A stretch of 64,000 nt of DNA from Oceanispirochaeta sp. (GTDB taxonomy: Bacteria; Spirochaetota; Spirochaetia; DSM-2461), in contig CAXXXD010000001.1 of NCBI GenBank assembly GCA_963663385.2, positions 64,001 to 128,000 on the forward strand, given 5' to 3'. The notes beneath the pieces were generated by a model. That model did not search any database. It was not told where the DNA came from and saw only the letters and a list, made by a program, of their open reading frames with translations. Below, one piece after another: positions 9,744 to 19,029 of this stretch; positions within the stretch are counted from its first letter, which is position 1, and every line of letters begins with the position of its first letter. A program made the translations under genes and the position numbers.

Positions 9744-11072
9744 TTATACATCCATATTTTTAACTTCAATCCTGTTCATATTTTTCTGCATCAGAGAGAG
9801 ATAGGATTCCCTGGTCATTGGGGGAATAAATCCGTCCAATATCCCCTCAGCTTTCCCGGCTCCATCAGCCAGCAGATCTATTACTGTCATTGCCATGGCT
9901 TTGGCGGGTAGAAGATACGCCGTCTCCTTATCGGTAAGGTGAAAATCTCTGGTATGAATGGCCCCTTTCACCCCCCCCATCATTGGATGAAGACTCGGCA
10001 TAATCTGGGAAACATCACCGAAATCAAAGGATCCGGTAAAATCACCTCCTTCGAGGATATTATCACCGCAGCCCAGCTTTTTTAAATTCTCCCTGAAGAT
10101 AGAGTCCATCCGGGGATAATTCAGAATGGGCAGATATCCTGAAATATCTTCGATTTCGATATCTGCCCCTACCGCAAAGGCGCCTGCTTTCAGCGCACGG
10201 TTTACTTTATCATTCGAATCAACCATCCCTTCTATGGTTCTGGCCCTTACATAAGCTTCCATTCTGACATCTGCAGGTATGACATTTACAATATCACCGC
10301 CTTTGGTGATAATCGGATGAACCCTGACCCTGTCGGAGTCTTTAAACGTCTCCCTCTGAACCTGAATATTCATCATAGCCAAAGTAGCGGCATTTAAAGC
10401 ATTGACACCTAATTCCGGAGCAGAACCGGCATGGGATTCTTTCCCTGTAAATCTGACTTTTTTACCAATGAATCCATTACTGACAGGCCCGATCAGGGCC
10501 TTATTGTCTCCCATATCGAGTGCATGAAACATAATACTCATATCAACATCATCAAAATAGCCTCTATGGATTAATTCCTGCTTCCCCCCGAAGTAGGAGA
10601 TTTGACCTTTTTTTCTTAAGCTTTCACGGTATTCCAGTTCAACAAACTCTTCCGCCGGAACAGCCATAACAGAAATTCTGCCATGAAGACTGGAAAGAAC
10701 TCCGGACTGAACCAGACCATAGACCGCACCAAGAAGACCGGCCAACTGGATATTATGCCCACAGGCATGGACATGTCCGGAACTGTTGGCAGAGGCATGA
10801 TCCTTTACGACAATGGCATCCAGCTCCCCCATCAACGCTATACAGGGGCCCGATGAATTCCTGTTCAGAAAAGACCGGCAGCCGGTTACGGCAATATTAT
10901 GTTCCACTTCAAGTCCCAGAGATTCCAGGAAGTCTGCCACAATTTCGGTTGTCTTCACTTCCCGATACCCCAGCTCAGGAGTATCGAAAATCTGATCACC
11001 GATCCTGTATATAGCGTCCCTTCCGCTTTCAATCGCCTCAATGGTTCTTTGTTTAAGCTCATCCACCGGCAT
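9744..11072 (-). CDS. M20 family amidohydrolase (ACY1L2/AbgB-like)
   Basis: PELGYRE, GELDA, HACGHN, PAEE, GKESHAG and GSFDFGDVSQ motifs. Start ATG 11072 follows GAGGAGG. Confidence 0.88.
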   Translation of the reverse strand: MPVDELKQRTIEAIESGRDAIYRIGDQIFDTPELGYREVKTTEIVADFLESLGLEVEHNIAVTGCRSFLNRNSSGPCIALMGELDAIVVKDHASANSSGHVHACGHNIQLAGLLGAVYGLVQSGVLSSLHGRISVMAVPAEEFVELEYRESLRKKGQISYFGGKQELIHRGYFDDVDMSIMFHALDMGDNKALIGPVSNGFIGKKVRFTGKESHAGSAPELGVNALNAATLAMMNIQVQRETFKDSDRVRVHPIITKGGDIVNVIPADVRMEAYVRARTIEGMVDSNDKVNRALKAGAFAVGADIEIEDISGYLPILNYPRMDSIFRENLKKLGCGDNILEGGDFTGSFDFGDVSQIMPSLHPMMGGVKGAIHTRDFHLTDKETAYLLPAKAMAMTVIDLLADGAGKAEGILDGFIPPMTRESYLSLMQKNMNRIEVKNMDV

Positions 11073-11093
11073 ATACCCCTCCTCAATCACCTG

Positions 11094-11549
11094 TCAGATA
11101 GTCCCCTGCAGTGTCAGCAGGATCTGGGCTATAATAGCAGAACCAAAGAATGTACTGGTAAATACGATCAGGGAAACGAGCACCAGTTTCCAGGATATTT
11201 TCTTTAATATGCCAATTTTATTGCCCACAGAAATACCGGCAAAAGCCAGAATAGGTGTGGTTGTGGCAAGAAAACCGACTTTATTGGTGTACTCAAGCAG
11301 TACGGCAGATGTGGGAAGCATGGGCAATGTCAGGATAAACGCAATAAGAGTAGCCCAGGCAAAGGCAGGAAACTTCAAGGGAACCAGATCTTTCAGTACC
11401 AGAGCCGACATGGCTATCATAACAATAAGAACCATTCCCGGAAGGGCAGCTACAGTAGAAGCGCCGGAGCTTACAAACTGACCGATGAGAACCAGCATCC
11501 CTACAATCAACATCAGTTTTAATTGATCAAGTGTTTTAGCGAAATCCAT
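11094..11549 (-). CDS. Small integral membrane protein, usual partner of DUF3100
   Basis: About 5 hydrophobic segments; LATTTPILAFAGISVG motif; abuts DUF3100. Confidence 0.7.
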   Translation of the reverse strand: MDFAKTLDQLKLMLIVGMLVLIGQFVSSGASTVAALPGMVLIVMIAMSALVLKDLVPLKFPAFAWATLIAFILTLPMLPTSAVLLEYTNKVGFLATTTPILAFAGISVGNKIGILKKISWKLVLVSLIVFTSTFFGSAIIAQILLTLQGTI

Positions 11550-11550
11550 A

Positions 11551-12420
11551 TCAGGCTCCCTCCCCTTCTTCTACCAGAACAGCTGTCTTCTTTTCAAATT
11601 TAGGTGCAAGTTTTTTGTAGTACCAGTTGGTAAAAGGCAATGCAATGAAAATAACCGAATAAATTCCGGTAATACCCGTAAGCATATTACTGGTCGCAGC
11701 ATAGGCGAGGACCGTGTCCTTCATACCAGCGGAAACGGTCTCCGCCAGCGCGGCAGAACCGGCAGCCATCATACTGCCGCTTCCTACACCGCAGGCCATA
11801 GCCAGAGCATAGGGATGCAGACCTGTATTAACAGCCAGAGACCCCAGAAATCCAAAGAAGATCGTACCAAACACAGTCCCGACCATATATGTTCCCAAAA
11901 CACCGTTACCTTCGGCAGAACTCATTCCGTAGCGCTCGCCGATAACTCCCAGGGTAGGTTCACGGCAGATACTGACCGTACCGCCGACAGCCTCTCTCCT
12001 CAGACCTAAAACGAGAGCCAGTGGGAGCGCAATAAGCGGAGTGAACAGATTCCCCAGCTCCTGGAGAATCAACGCAGGGCCGGCTTCCAGAACTTTTACT
12101 ATATTGGGGCCGACCAGGGTTCCGTATTTTACCCCTAATGGAAGCAGAGCAATCATTACTCCGACTCCCGCCAACTCAATGGTCTCATTGTTGACGACTT
12201 TCTTCAGAACTTTAATTCTCTTTCCCAGGATGTCCGGTGTTATAAGTATTCCCATGATAACAGCAAACAGCATGGGCAGGAGAACCACAGTTCCGGGGCC
12301 CAGAGGAATTTTGATAATACCAATCAGCTCAGCCAGTACTACCAGAACCAGAATAACCGGAAGAAGGGAAAGAAAGATTCCACTCCGACCGTTCCATGAC
12401 AAGAGATCTTTTTCTGTCAT
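11551..12420 (-). CDS. DUF3100 family membrane protein (putative transporter)
   Basis: AGPALILQELGNL, REAVGGTVSICREP and LAMACGVGSGSMMAA motifs; AAGGAG RBS before ATG 12420. Confidence 0.8.
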   Translation of the reverse strand: MTEKDLLSWNGRSGIFLSLLPVILVLVVLAELIGIIKIPLGPGTVVLLPMLFAVIMGILITPDILGKRIKVLKKVVNNETIELAGVGVMIALLPLGVKYGTLVGPNIVKVLEAGPALILQELGNLFTPLIALPLALVLGLRREAVGGTVSICREPTLGVIGERYGMSSAEGNGVLGTYMVGTVFGTIFFGFLGSLAVNTGLHPYALAMACGVGSGSMMAAGSAALAETVSAGMKDTVLAYAATSNMLTGITGIYSVIFIALPFTNWYYKKLAPKFEKKTAVLVEEGEGA

Positions 12421-12508
12421 TCGACACTCCTTTATGGCCTTGTCATTAAATAGACCATTATTAGTTATCTCATAATACGCAGTATGCAATTGATCTGTAA
12501 AGGAATAT

Positions 12509-13825
12509 TTAAAATATTTTTAGACGGATCAGATTTTTTGGCCTTCCTCGACTGCTGCTGCTCTCTTTGGCCGTAACCTCGCCCAAACCGCTGTCAAGGG
12601 CTTTTTTCAGAACTCTCCTGGCTGTTCGCTCCCCTATATTCAGAGCATAAGACAGCTCGGTACTGTCAAAAGTATCCTTACCGGATTTATCCATATAAGC
12701 TTTTATCTTTGTCAGATAGGCCGCATTGATCCCGGATCTCTCCGACTGTTCGAGTATTACCGGATCATCCACACGGATTAGATATTCCAGTTCCCGGGAT
12801 TCAGCTATGGGTCCTTTTATCTGGTCATCATCAACAATATAGGCAGAACTGAACTCCAGCTCCTGAGCATTGGCAAGTGCCTTTCGGGCGGATTTTTCCG
12901 CTTCGTATGCGGTACTTCCAAATCCGATTCCCGAATAGAATTGAAGACGGGCTGAATCACTCCAGCGAATCAGTTCATGAAAAAGCCTGCGATTTTCCTC
13001 CCGCTCTATTTCTCCACGGGTGCTGTGTATGATCATCTCTTCCCTGCCATATGCGAAAAGAGACCCCTGAACACCTCTCACATAGGGCATCAATTCCAGA
13101 TAGAAACGCCCCCTCTTCTCCAGATCATCATATTTACACAGAGAGTTATGAGTCAGACCTCTTACTCTTATAATCTGAAGAGCGATTCCCGCAGAACGGA
13201 TACTCCTGGAACGAATCCTGTAAATCAGTTTATCCAGCTGCTGCCTGATCTGAATCAGACTGGGATAAAGCCGGAGGACAGGAAGGCCTTCCCCGGAAAG
13301 CTGTGTGTACACAGAACCGAAGCCTGTCAGGATAATATCTATTTTCCCATCATTAAAAAGACTGCGGTGTCTGTCAGTATAGGAAGATTCAGGATGCTCA
13401 AGGGAAAAAGGCATGGTAAAGATTTCATCAAATTCAATATTGAATTCTTCCATTACTTCCCTGATTACCTGATCGGGAACAACATCCACGCTGATCCGTC
13501 CGGAGGGAAGATTTTTCTGTGTCATCTCCCATATGGCACTCATCAGGCTGTATCCGCTCCTTGGAATAAACTCATAGGGTTTCGTCATGTTCCGGTTCTT
13601 GCGGATTTCTTCCATCACCCCTACTCCGGTAAAGAAAAAACCGTCATTTTCTGAATTGCAAAGATCAAAGATATCTACGGTTTCTACGACTTTTTCTCTT
13701 ATATACGGCGTAATTGTGACTTCGGGATACTGCTGCTCGGTTGCTTTCAATATCTTTTCAACGGAATCCCGAGGTCCGATGATCCCTATTCGTAATTTAG
13801 CGGTTGTGCTTCCATTGGATGTCAT
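12509..13825 (-). CDS. Putative transcriptional regulator with a C-terminal HTH
   Basis: IGIIGP N-terminus, central GIGFGSTAYEAE, C-terminal STELSYALNIGERTARRVL...GRP. Confidence 0.7.
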   Translation of the reverse strand: MTSNGSTTAKLRIGIIGPRDSVEKILKATEQQYPEVTITPYIREKVVETVDIFDLCNSENDGFFFTGVGVMEEIRKNRNMTKPYEFIPRSGYSLMSAIWEMTQKNLPSGRISVDVVPDQVIREVMEEFNIEFDEIFTMPFSLEHPESSYTDRHRSLFNDGKIDIILTGFGSVYTQLSGEGLPVLRLYPSLIQIRQQLDKLIYRIRSRSIRSAGIALQIIRVRGLTHNSLCKYDDLEKRGRFYLELMPYVRGVQGSLFAYGREEMIIHSTRGEIEREENRRLFHELIRWSDSARLQFYSGIGFGSTAYEAEKSARKALANAQELEFSSAYIVDDDQIKGPIAESRELEYLIRVDDPVILEQSERSGINAAYLTKIKAYMDKSGKDTFDSTELSYALNIGERTARRVLKKALDSGLGEVTAKESSSSRGRPKNLIRLKIF

Positions 13826-13864
13826 GTTTTTAAAGTATAAGAGTAAATGGAATTTTACAAGCGC

Positions 13865-13897
13865 AAAAAAGGGCTTCCCGAAAGAAGCCCTCAAAGG
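13865..13897 (-). terminator. Rho-independent terminator of the sugar ABC operon (copy 2 of the 33-bp direct repeat)
   Basis: Minus strand GGGCTTCT-TTCG-GGAAGCCC followed by T6; 32/33 identical to 9693-9725. Confidence 0.85.
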
Positions 13898-13922
13898 TGT
13901 CACTAGATAAAAGTTTTATCGA

Positions 13923-15020
13923 TCAGTCGTAAAGAAGACCCTTGATATCGTCGTTATCCATATTGTCTTTATTGTAGAACTTGGCGCCTGTATCCACGTC
14001 GGATACGGATTTTCCTTCGTAAGCCTGGAAAGCCAGTTCAACAGCCTTGTAACCGATTGAATAGGGATCCTGGGTAATGGAACCGAGGAAGTATTCGCTT
14101 CTTACAGCATTTTTCTGTCCTTCACCGGCATCGAAACCAAGAACAACGAGTCCTTTGTATTTGGAAGCCAGGTCGGCACCGTCATTGGTTGCGGCAAGCA
14201 GTCCCTTGACAGTAGCTTCGTTGGAACAGAAGATACCGAGGATATTTACATCTTCAACCTTGTTCAGAACAGCTGCGGCAGAAGCCATGGCGTCCGTATT
14301 GGCGGCAGAAGCGGGAACAACCATTTCGATCATTACTTTGTCACCGCTTGTAGGATTCTTGGCATCAACGTATGCGGGGTTACCCATTACTTTGATGTCA
14401 GCTTCGCTGAGAGCAGTTTCTTTAACAATCAGGTCTACCATTGTGTCTCTGAAACCTTTACCACGGCTAAGCAGAGATTCACCGGAAGCATCCTGGTTCA
14501 TTACTACAATAGTTACGGGGTTAGCTGCTGTTGCAGCTTCGATGTCAGCTTTTATAACTTTGAACATCTCTTTGGCAGCCATACCGGCAGCGTTGAAATT
14601 GTCTGTAGAAGCGTTGGCATAGATAGATCCGGCAGGTGCGTTGGGAACACCGGAGTCAAAACCGATTACGGGGATTCCACCATCTTTACATTCCTGAAGC
14701 TGATCCATTACAGAGTTTGTATCCAGAGCGGCCAGTGCGATGGCAACAGGGTTTTTAGCCATAGCATTGTTCAGCATTTCTACCTGAATCTGAACATCAC
14801 TTTCTGAGGGCGGTCCCTCGAAGGTTACATCCAGGCCGTATTTCTCGGCGGCGTCCATGGAGCCGAGTTTAACCTGCTGCCAGAAGTCATGCTGTTCACC
14901 CTTAGATACAACTGCGATGTAAGGCTTCCCTCCATCATCACTCTGTCCATTGGCAAAGGCACTGAAACTCATGGCTAAAAGCACGATCAGTACGATTGCA
15001 ATTTTCTTAGATAATTTCAT
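13923..15020 (-). CDS. Monosaccharide ABC transporter substrate-binding protein (RbsB-like)
   Basis: VSKGEQHDFWQQV, IGFDSG, STDN, GFDAG and TQDPYSIGY motifs; signal peptide. Confidence 0.9.
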   Translation of the reverse strand: MKLSKKIAIVLIVLLAMSFSAFANGQSDDGGKPYIAVVSKGEQHDFWQQVKLGSMDAAEKYGLDVTFEGPPSESDVQIQVEMLNNAMAKNPVAIALAALDTNSVMDQLQECKDGGIPVIGFDSGVPNAPAGSIYANASTDNFNAAGMAAKEMFKVIKADIEAATAANPVTIVVMNQDASGESLLSRGKGFRDTMVDLIVKETALSEADIKVMGNPAYVDAKNPTSGDKVMIEMVVPASAANTDAMASAAAVLNKVEDVNILGIFCSNEATVKGLLAATNDGADLASKYKGLVVLGFDAGEGQKNAVRSEYFLGSITQDPYSIGYKAVELAFQAYEGKSVSDVDTGAKFYNKDNMDNDDIKGLLYD

Positions 15021-15107
15021 AAAATCCTCCTGTATTTTAACCCGGCTTACCCTTGGGGATCCGGGGTCATACCATTGTTATTTCCGGAATCGGACTCTGC
15101 CGGGGAT

Positions 15108-16331
15108 CTAGTCCTGCTGAGCCTTCATTTCCAGCTCGAACTGTTTTTCCGCTTCCCTCTCTTCTGCCAGCAGACGGGCTTTTTCCGCTTTTTCTTCAGC
15201 TTTCATTTTGACAAAAGTGGCTTTCATTTCCTGTTTCAGTCTGGAAGCTTCTTCGGTCTTTCCCTCTTTCTTCAGGGCATTGATATTTCGTACCGTATTC
15301 TCTTTGTAGAGATCCGAAGGTGAAAGGATTCGTACTTCCGAAGCCTTCTTGTTCCGGTAGATATCCAGCAGTACCGCACCGATTACAACAATCCCCGTAA
15401 AGAAAGTCTGGTAGTGGGCCTGAAGGTCCATGGAAGGCAGACCGGTTCTCAGCACACTCATGATATAGACACCGATCATGGTTCCGAAAATGGTTCCGAT
15501 ACCGCCTGACAGGGATGTTCCCCCGATTACGGCACCCGCGATGGCATACAACTCAAATCCCTGTCCGCGGGCGGGCATAACCGTTGTATATACGGCAGCA
15601 AAGGCGATTCCACCGAAACCGGACATCACACCACTCACCACATAGGCCATCATTTCCCATTTCTTGACGTTTACACCGGACAGCCTGGCGGCTTCCTTGT
15701 TGGAGCCTACTGCAAAGATATATCGTCCCATCTTTGTTTTGGTCAGAATAATAAAGCAGATAAAAGCCGTGCCGAACAGAACAATGGCACCCGTAGGAAT
15801 GGATTGTTTCCCCTCTGTTATGTATTTGAAAATATCCTTGAACCAACCGTCGGGATTGGATCTGGTAGGGAATGTGGCACTCCTTACATTGGATACGATT
15901 GAACCGACTCCCATGGAAATCATCATGGTTCCCAGAGTGGCGATAAAGGGGGGCAGTTCCAGACGGGAAACCATAATCCCGTTAAAAAACCCGAAGGCAA
16001 TGGCTACGGCCATAATAAGGACCAGAGAGAGCCACATCGGCCATTCCCAGCTCTTGTAGGCTGTACCGCCGATAATGGCTGCACACATCATAACCGTACC
16101 GCAGGAGAGGTCTATCCCCCCTGTGATAATAACAAAGGTAACACCGATAGCAATGAATCCGATGTAGTAGGATGAATCCAGGATATTTACCAGAGTGGTA
16201 TAGGAAAAAAAGTTTCTTCCGAATATCCCGAAAAAAATGTAGAGGATGACCAGTGCGGCCGGCGCCAGAAACTTCTGAAGCCCGACTTCCCGGATCTTCT
16301 CTCCCAAGCTTTTTTGATTAATGTTTTCCAT
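15108..16331 (-). CDS. Monosaccharide ABC permease (RbsC-like) with a charged C-terminal extension
   Basis: [25 protein letters not shown] and [11 protein letters not shown] motifs. Confidence 0.9.
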   Translation of the reverse strand: MENINQKSLGEKIREVGLQKFLAPAALVILYIFFGIFGRNFFSYTTLVNILDSSYYIGFIAIGVTFVIITGGIDLSCGTVMMCAAIIGGTAYKSWEWPMWLSLVLIMAVAIAFGFFNGIMVSRLELPPFIATLGTMMISMGVGSIVSNVRSATFPTRSNPDGWFKDIFKYITEGKQSIPTGAIVLFGTAFICFIILTKTKMGRYIFAVGSNKEAARLSGVNVKKWEMMAYVVSGVMSGFGGIAFAAVYTTVMPARGQGFELYAIAGAVIGGTSLSGGIGTIFGTMIGVYIMSVLRTGLPSMDLQAHYQTFFTGIVVIGAVLLDIYRNKKASEVRILSPSDLYKENTVRNINALKKEGKTEEASRLKQEMKATFVKMKAEEKAEKARLLAEEREAEKQFELEMKAQQD

Positions 16332-16337
16332 ATCTTC

Positions 16338-17837
16338 CTAATCCCTCTTTGTCGCGTATTTCATGATCTCTTCCTGATTGGCATCCTTGATGTCCAGCTC
16401 ACCGGTAATACGGCCTTCACACATAACCATAACCCTGTCGCTCATACGAAGAACTTCCGTCAGTTCCGAAGAGATCATAATGATGGATTTTCCTTCTTTA
16501 ACCAGTTCGTTCATAAGAGTGTAGATTTCACTCTTTGCTCCAACGTCGATTCCCCTTGTAGGCTCGTCAAAAATCAGGATTTCGCTGTTTTTGATCAGCC
16601 ATTTGGCAATAACGACTTTCTGCTGATTTCCTCCTGAAAGGTTTTTCAGCAGCTGATGAACAGTCGGCGTTTTAATTTTAAGAGTATCCACATACTCTTT
16701 GGTAATGTCATCGATCTTCTTCCTATGGATAAACAGTCCTTTTTCAAAATCGTCATATGACGCCAGAATGGAGTTTTCCGTTACACTTAATCCGGTAGCC
16801 AGTCCGAAACGCTTCCGGTCTTCCGACAGATACCCGATTCCGTAATGAACAGCATCCATGGGAGAAGAGATACGAACCGGTTTACCGTGAATCTCCACAG
16901 TTCCCGTTTCAACTTTATCAGCACCGAACAGGGCACGGGCCGTTTCAGTCCGTCCCGCTCCCATCAGACCGGCAAATCCCAGGATTTCTCCTCTGCGCAG
17001 CTCAAAGGAAACATCCTTAACCATACGGCCGGCATTGAGATTTTTTACCCTGAGTACAACTTCGGCATCTTCTGGAACATTGCTCTTCTGTTTGGGATCT
17101 TCGTAAATAACCCGGCCAACCATCATATTGATGATATCATCCTTGGTCAGGTCTTTGGTGTCGCCCATACCGGCATTCTCACCATCCCGCATAACCGTAA
17201 CCCTGTCGGTGATCATTCCTATCTCATCCATACGGTGGGAAATGTAGATCATTCCCACTCCCTTGGCAGCCAGGTCACGCATAATGGTAAAAAGTTCATT
17301 GATCTCGGTTTCGGTTAACGCTGCAGTCGGCTCGTCCAGAATCAGTATCTTCAGATTGTGGGAGACCGCCTTGGCAATTTCCACCATCTGCTGCTTTCCG
17401 ACTGTCAGATTCCCCAGAGTTTCCCTGGGATCAATATTCATGTTCAGGCGTTTAAAAAGCTCTTCCGCTCTCTTATTCTGAAGTTTCTTATCCAGAAAGA
17501 GGCCTTTTGCTTTGGTAGATTCTCTACCGATGAAGATATTTTCTGCTACGGTAAGATGGTCCATCATATTCAGTTCCTGATGGATGATTCCGATTCCCCG
17601 TCTTAGAGCCTCCTTGGGGCCGCGGGGATTGTACAGTTTACCAAGATAGTGGATCTCTCCTGTGTCCTTGGGGAATATACCGGTGAGAGCTTTCATCAGG
17701 GTCGATTTTCCGGCTCCGTTTTCACCGACTAGCGCGTGAATCTCTCCTGCGCGTAATTCGAAGTCAACCCCTTTCAGGGCATGTACTCCGGTAAAACGTT
17801 TATCGATTTTTTGCATCGAGAGTATTGTTTCTCTCAA
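16338..17837 (-). CDS. Sugar ABC ATP-binding protein (RbsA/MglA-like, two ABC domains)
   Basis: GENGAGKST, LSGGNQQK and DEPTRGIDVGAK motifs; TTG start after AAGGAG. Confidence 0.93.
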   Translation of the reverse strand: MRETILSMQKIDKRFTGVHALKGVDFELRAGEIHALVGENGAGKSTLMKALTGIFPKDTGEIHYLGKLYNPRGPKEALRRGIGIIHQELNMMDHLTVAENIFIGRESTKAKGLFLDKKLQNKRAEELFKRLNMNIDPRETLGNLTVGKQQMVEIAKAVSHNLKILILDEPTAALTETEINELFTIMRDLAAKGVGMIYISHRMDEIGMITDRVTVMRDGENAGMGDTKDLTKDDIINMMVGRVIYEDPKQKSNVPEDAEVVLRVKNLNAGRMVKDVSFELRRGEILGFAGLMGAGRTETARALFGADKVETGTVEIHGKPVRISSPMDAVHYGIGYLSEDRKRFGLATGLSVTENSILASYDDFEKGLFIHRKKIDDITKEYVDTLKIKTPTVHQLLKNLSGGNQQKVVIAKWLIKNSEILIFDEPTRGIDVGAKSEIYTLMNELVKEGKSIIMISSELTEVLRMSDRVMVMCEGRITGELDIKDANQEEIMKYATKRD

Positions 17838-18039
17838 AATCTCACACTCCTTAAAAGGATTTTCCTTTGGGGGATGAAAAAATTATCCCCCCGAATTCGG
17901 AATCGCGAAATTGAGGATTTTACGGAGAATGTTTAAAAATATCCTATTCCCGGTTTATCTTCGAATATTTGAATAAATTCAAGAGATCTGTAAAAGAATA
18001 TGAGAGAGGGTTCCACCGTTACACCTCCCTCTGCAGACA

Positions 18040-19029
18040 TCATCTCTCTTCGGAAAAAGGAAAGAGCAGTTCCTGGTACTCCCGTTCAAACATATTTTCT
18101 TTTGTAATCAGAACAGAACCGGTATCCTGAAAAGAGAGAAGGGTCTTGCCATTCAGGTATTCAGAAGCGGCCTTTACCGAAAGGTAGCCCATATTATAAG
18201 GTCTTTGTACAACCGTTGCCTTGATCACCCCGGCTTCCAGATAACTGAGTTCCTCTATGGCGTTATCAAAACCGACAAGGGCGACACGGTCTTTGGCTCC
18301 GGCGTCTTCAATAGCCGAGGCGACTCCCAGAGTGGCCACCTCGTTCAGGGCGACAATTCCGCCCAGCTCATCATTCTTTAAAAGTTTTTTTGTGATCTCA
18401 TAAGCCTTATTCCTGTCGACTTCGCAGGACCAGGATCCCAGAACAGCTTCACCTTCCAGAGCGCTTCGCACACCCAGTTCCCGGTCAATAGCTGTAGCCG
18501 TTTCCTTTATATGGGTAACAATAGCTATCTCCTTTCCCTCTGAAAACTGAATAAGCCGCTTCATTTCCCGTCCGGCCTTATGGCCGGCTATAACATTGTC
18601 TGTCGCTATGAAAGAAACGGGCAGATCCGAATCCACACCGGAATCAATTGTGATAATCGGTATGCCCGCAGCAGCAGCTTTCTCAACGGATTCAACCAGC
18701 TGGGAGTAGTCTGTGGCAGCCAGAATGATCAGAGGCGGATTTTTTGCAATAATGCTGTCCAGAATATGGACCTGCCGCATAATCTCTCTTTCATAGCGGG
18801 GTCCTGAGATCTCCACCTCCAGTCCAAACTCCTTGGCCGCTTCCTGAATTCCCTGATCCACAACAGTCCAGAAATCCATAGTAGGACCGATAGTCGATTT
18901 CAGAACGATTTCAATCGGAGCGTCCGGAGCAATTGGATCTGTTCCGGAAGAGTTGTACAGAAAGGAGAGAGCCATAAAAAGGATCAGCGCCGCCATTAAA
19001 CTGAGCAGCAGCAGGTACCAGTTCTTCAT
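18040..19029 (-). CDS. Membrane-anchored sugar-binding protein, sensory partner of the histidine kinase
   Basis: RbsB-fold motifs FWTVV, IATDN, VGFD and VVQRPYNMGY; overlaps the kinase stop codon. Confidence 0.8.
   Translation of the reverse strand: MKNWYLLLLSLMAALILFMALSFLYNSSGTDPIAPDAPIEIVLKSTIGPTMDFWTVVDQGIQEAAKEFGLEVEISGPRYEREIMRQVHILDSIIAKNPPLIILAATDYSQLVESVEKAAAAGIPIITIDSGVDSDLPVSFIATDNVIAGHKAGREMKRLIQFSEGKEIAIVTHIKETATAIDRELGVRSALEGEAVLGSWSCEVDRNKAYEITKKLLKNDELGGIVALNEVATLGVASAIEDAGAKDRVALVGFDNAIEELSYLEAGVIKATVVQRPYNMGYLSVKAASEYLNGKTLLSFQDTGSVLITKENMFEREYQELLFPFSEER

Noticed and set aside
9591..13903. Longer upstream starts in the ORF track (9660, 11090, 12489, 13903)
   Set aside because: The extensions run through promoter, RBS or terminator sequence; the downstream ATGs have better SD or promoter support.
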